DNA of 35,519 bases. Origin: Reclinomonas americana ATCC 50394 (taxonomy: Eukaryota). The DNA lies in NCBI GenBank assembly GCA_048213135.1, contig PS015286.1, positions 80,073-115,591 of the forward strand, read 5' to 3'. The translations under genes were made by a program, and so were the position numbers. The notes beneath the pieces are model-generated. The model did not search any database, was not told where the DNA came from, and saw only the letters and a list, made by a program, of their open reading frames with translations. Shown piece after piece: positions 32,822-35,519 of the stretch. Every line of letters begins with the position of its first letter. Position 1 is the first letter of the stretch.

Positions 32822-33964
32822 CTGGTGATGATGAATGAGCAGGGAGTGAAAGGGAAAGTAAGCACGCGAAGATGAAATAATCACTTTTGTCGCACAGCGC
32901 AACAGATCCAAAGAGAGGGGGGAGGAATAGGAGGAGGAAGGAGGAGAGGGATGAAATGAACTGCGCAGCACGTATTGGATAGGCAAGAGCGTGGCAGAAC
33001 AGTCACAAATGCAACCAATTCACACACAGCAGAATTCGCATGCTGCCGNNNNNNNNNNNNNNNNNNNNNNNNNNNNNNNNNNNNNNNNNNNNNNNNNNNN
33101 NNNNNNNNNNNNNNNNNNNNNNNNNNNNNNNNNNNNNNNNNNNNNNNNNNNNNNNNNNNNNNNNNNNNNNNNNNNNNNNNNNNNNNNNNNNNNNNNNNNN
33201 NNNNNNNNNNNNNNNNNNNNNNNNNNNNNNNNNNNNNNNNNNNNNNNNNNNNNNNNNNNNNNNNNNNNNNNNNNNNNNNNNNNNNNNNNNNNNNNNNNNN
33301 NNNNNNNNNNNNNNNNNNNNNNNNNNNNNNNNNNNNNNNNNNNNNNNNNNNNNNNNNNNNNNNNNNNNNNNNNNNNNNNNNNNNNNNNNNNNNNNNNNNN
33401 NNNNNNNNNNNNNNNNNNNNNNNNNNNNNNNNNNNNNNNNNNNNNNNNNNNNNNNNNNNNNNNNNNNNNNNNNNNNNNNNNNNNNNNNNNNNNNNNNNNN
33501 NNNNNNNNNNNNNNNNNNNNNNNNNNNNNNNNNNNNNNNNNNNNNNNNNNNNNNNNNNNNNNNNNNNNNNNNNNNNNNNNNNNNNNNNNNNNNNNNNNNN
33601 NNNNNNNNNNNNNNNNNNNNNNNNNNNNNNNNNNNNNNNNNNNNNNNNNNNNNNNNNNNNNNNNNNNNNNNNNNNNNNNNNNNNNNNNNNNNNNNNNNNN
33701 NNNNNNNNNNNNNNNNNNNNNNNNNNNNNNNNNNNNNNNNNNNNNNNNNNNNNNNNNNNNNNNNNNNNNNNNNNNNNNNNNNNNNNNNNNNNNNNNNNNN
33801 NNNNNNNNNNNNNNNNNNNNNNNNNNNNNNNNNNNNNNNNNNNNNNNNNNNNNNNNNNNNNNNNNNNNNNNNNNNNNNNNNNNNNNNNNNNNNNNNNNNN
33901 NNNNNNNNNNNNNNNNNNNNNNNNNNNNNNNNNNNNNNNNNNNNNNNNNNNNNNNNNNNNNNNN

Positions 33965-35519
33965 GAAGAGGAGAGAGAGCGAGAGCGAGAGGAGAGAGAG
34001 CGAGAGGAAGGAGAGGGAGAGGAGGGAGAAAGAGAGGAAAGAGAACGAGAGAAGGGAGAGGGAGAGGAAAAGGCCGCAGAGAAAGGGAGCGAGGGATAAA
34101 GAGACAATGGGAAGAGGGAGGCTACAATTCTCTCTCTCTTTCTCACGAGAGGGCAAGAGGACAAAGGAGTGCAGAAAGATGGAAAATAGAGACGCAAGGA
34201 GGGAGGCTGCAACTCTCACTTTCTGCCTGGAGGCTGCCACATGAAGGGGACGGGGACAAAGGAATGAAGAAAGACGGAAAAGAAGAAAAGGAGGGAGGTT
34301 ACAGCTCTCTTTCTCCCTTCCCGAGGCTGCTTCTCCGAGATTGGACAGAGGAAGTAAATTATAAGTCAGGCGGGGGATGACGACCAAGAACGAGGAAGAC
34401 GCCAACATTAAAAAAGGACGAGAAGACTTTAGAGCACAGCTGGCACACGAAGATATCTCGAATCACGACTACGATCCACAAAGCGAGAAACACCCCACGA
34501 GCACGACGAAGAAAGAACCCGCAGCATCTCAGAGAGAGCTGATGTAGCCTGCCCTCACTCCGTTCCCTTCCCCCTATTCTCCCATCTGTCCCCCTTCCCT
34601 CCCCGCGCCACACACCCAATCCGTCAACTCGGAGCTCCGATGCAGCATTCCGTAGGAGACATTCTTCGTGTGCGGATCCAGCGCCGAGTTGCTGGCCACA
34701 CACTTCTCGGCCAACAACTGTGCGCGATCGAGCACCAGGCTCTCCAGCGCACGCAGCAGTCGGCACGATTCCGAGTCGGCATTCTCCACCGGCACAGTCA
34801 GCTTGAGGTGCGGGATCAGCGCCGCACGCAGCCCGTTGACGCTGAGGCACACGCGCAGCACCTCCAGCGTGAGGTTTAGCATCGATTCGGCATCATTCGC
34901 GCGACTCGACATGAGCGCCGAGTTGATGAGCAGATCGACCTGTTTCGCGTGTGAGATGGGGACAATTGGTGTGCTGTCTTTGCTCGCTGAACTCACCGCT
35001 TGCTGTCGCTCGGCAAACCACTGTCGACGCTCCGGAGGCAACTCCGTCAACGCGAGTCGCAACATGCGCAGCGGGGACGGCAGGCGCGCGCCCACAAAGG
35101 GTCCCGACACAGGCAGCAGCGAGTATTCCTCGCTCCAGACTTGCGGGAGGAAGGGCATGTCCTGCGGGATGGAGAGGAAAAGGAGGTGAGGATGGGGAGG
35201 ATGGGGAGCGTGGCCTCGTGGCGGTGCTCACCTGCAATCGCGGCACTTGCAGCTCAAACATGAACGGCACGTCCTCGCGCTGGCGTGTAATGTCGGCCAG
35301 CAGAGCGGAGATGCTGCGGCGGGCCTGGTCGTCGTTCTGGTGATGATGAATGAGCAGATAGGACAGATGAAATAATCACTTTTGTCGCACAGCAACACAT
35401 CCAGAGAGAGGAAGGAGGACGGGAGAGAGAGCAGCACAGCACATACTGGATAGGCAAGAGCATGGCAGAACAGTCACAGATGCAACCCATTCACACACAG
35501 CAGCAGTCACATGCTGCCA
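33965..35519. repeat. Direct repeat (about 1.6-1.8 kb) of region about 31250-33048
   Basis: Colinear similarity through both introns and exons, e.g. cagctctcttttctcccttcccgaggctgcttctccgagattggacagaggaagt at about 31801 and about 34302. The two copies flank gap 33049-33964. Confidence 0.92.
34616..35336 (-). CDS. Second copy of three exons of the coiled-coil gene (allelic haplotype or duplicate)
   Basis: Exons 35232-35336, 34997-35161 and 34616-34939 match 32717-32821, 32482-32646 and 32101-32424 at a constant offset of 2515. The peptide is identical except LKLIVP vs LKLTVP, and the splice sites are intact. Confidence 0.85.

Overview
Draft-assembly genomic DNA (7 N-gaps) from an intron-dense unicellular eukaryote; I cannot name the species. 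I hand-spliced the exons using GT/GC..AG boundaries and reading-frame phase, which gives three protein-coding genes. (1) The 3' part of a multi-pass membrane protein on + (192-2462). (2) A giant HECT-type E3 ubiquitin ligase on - (about 25863 to 2557; about 67 exons traced, about 3,100 aa). Its order is N-terminal beta-rich/helical region, PA-like domain, three UBA domains, then a C-terminal HECT domain whose catalytic Cys codon is split by an intron. (3) The 3' part of a long coiled-coil protein on - (26426 to beyond 32821); three of its exons recur in a diverged copy across the last gap. Most introns are 54-72 nt, and long introns are filled with GA/TC tracts and degenerate tandem repeats. 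The main signal: 18 inferred introns use a '+1-shifted' donor (GTTGCGT/GTTGAGT/GTTACGT, the ordinary GTGCGT/GTGAGT with one extra T). 17 of these lack the exonic -1 G that nearly all ordinary donors here carry, suggesting a second, abundant mode of 5' splice-site recognition. All gene models are inferred without transcript data.
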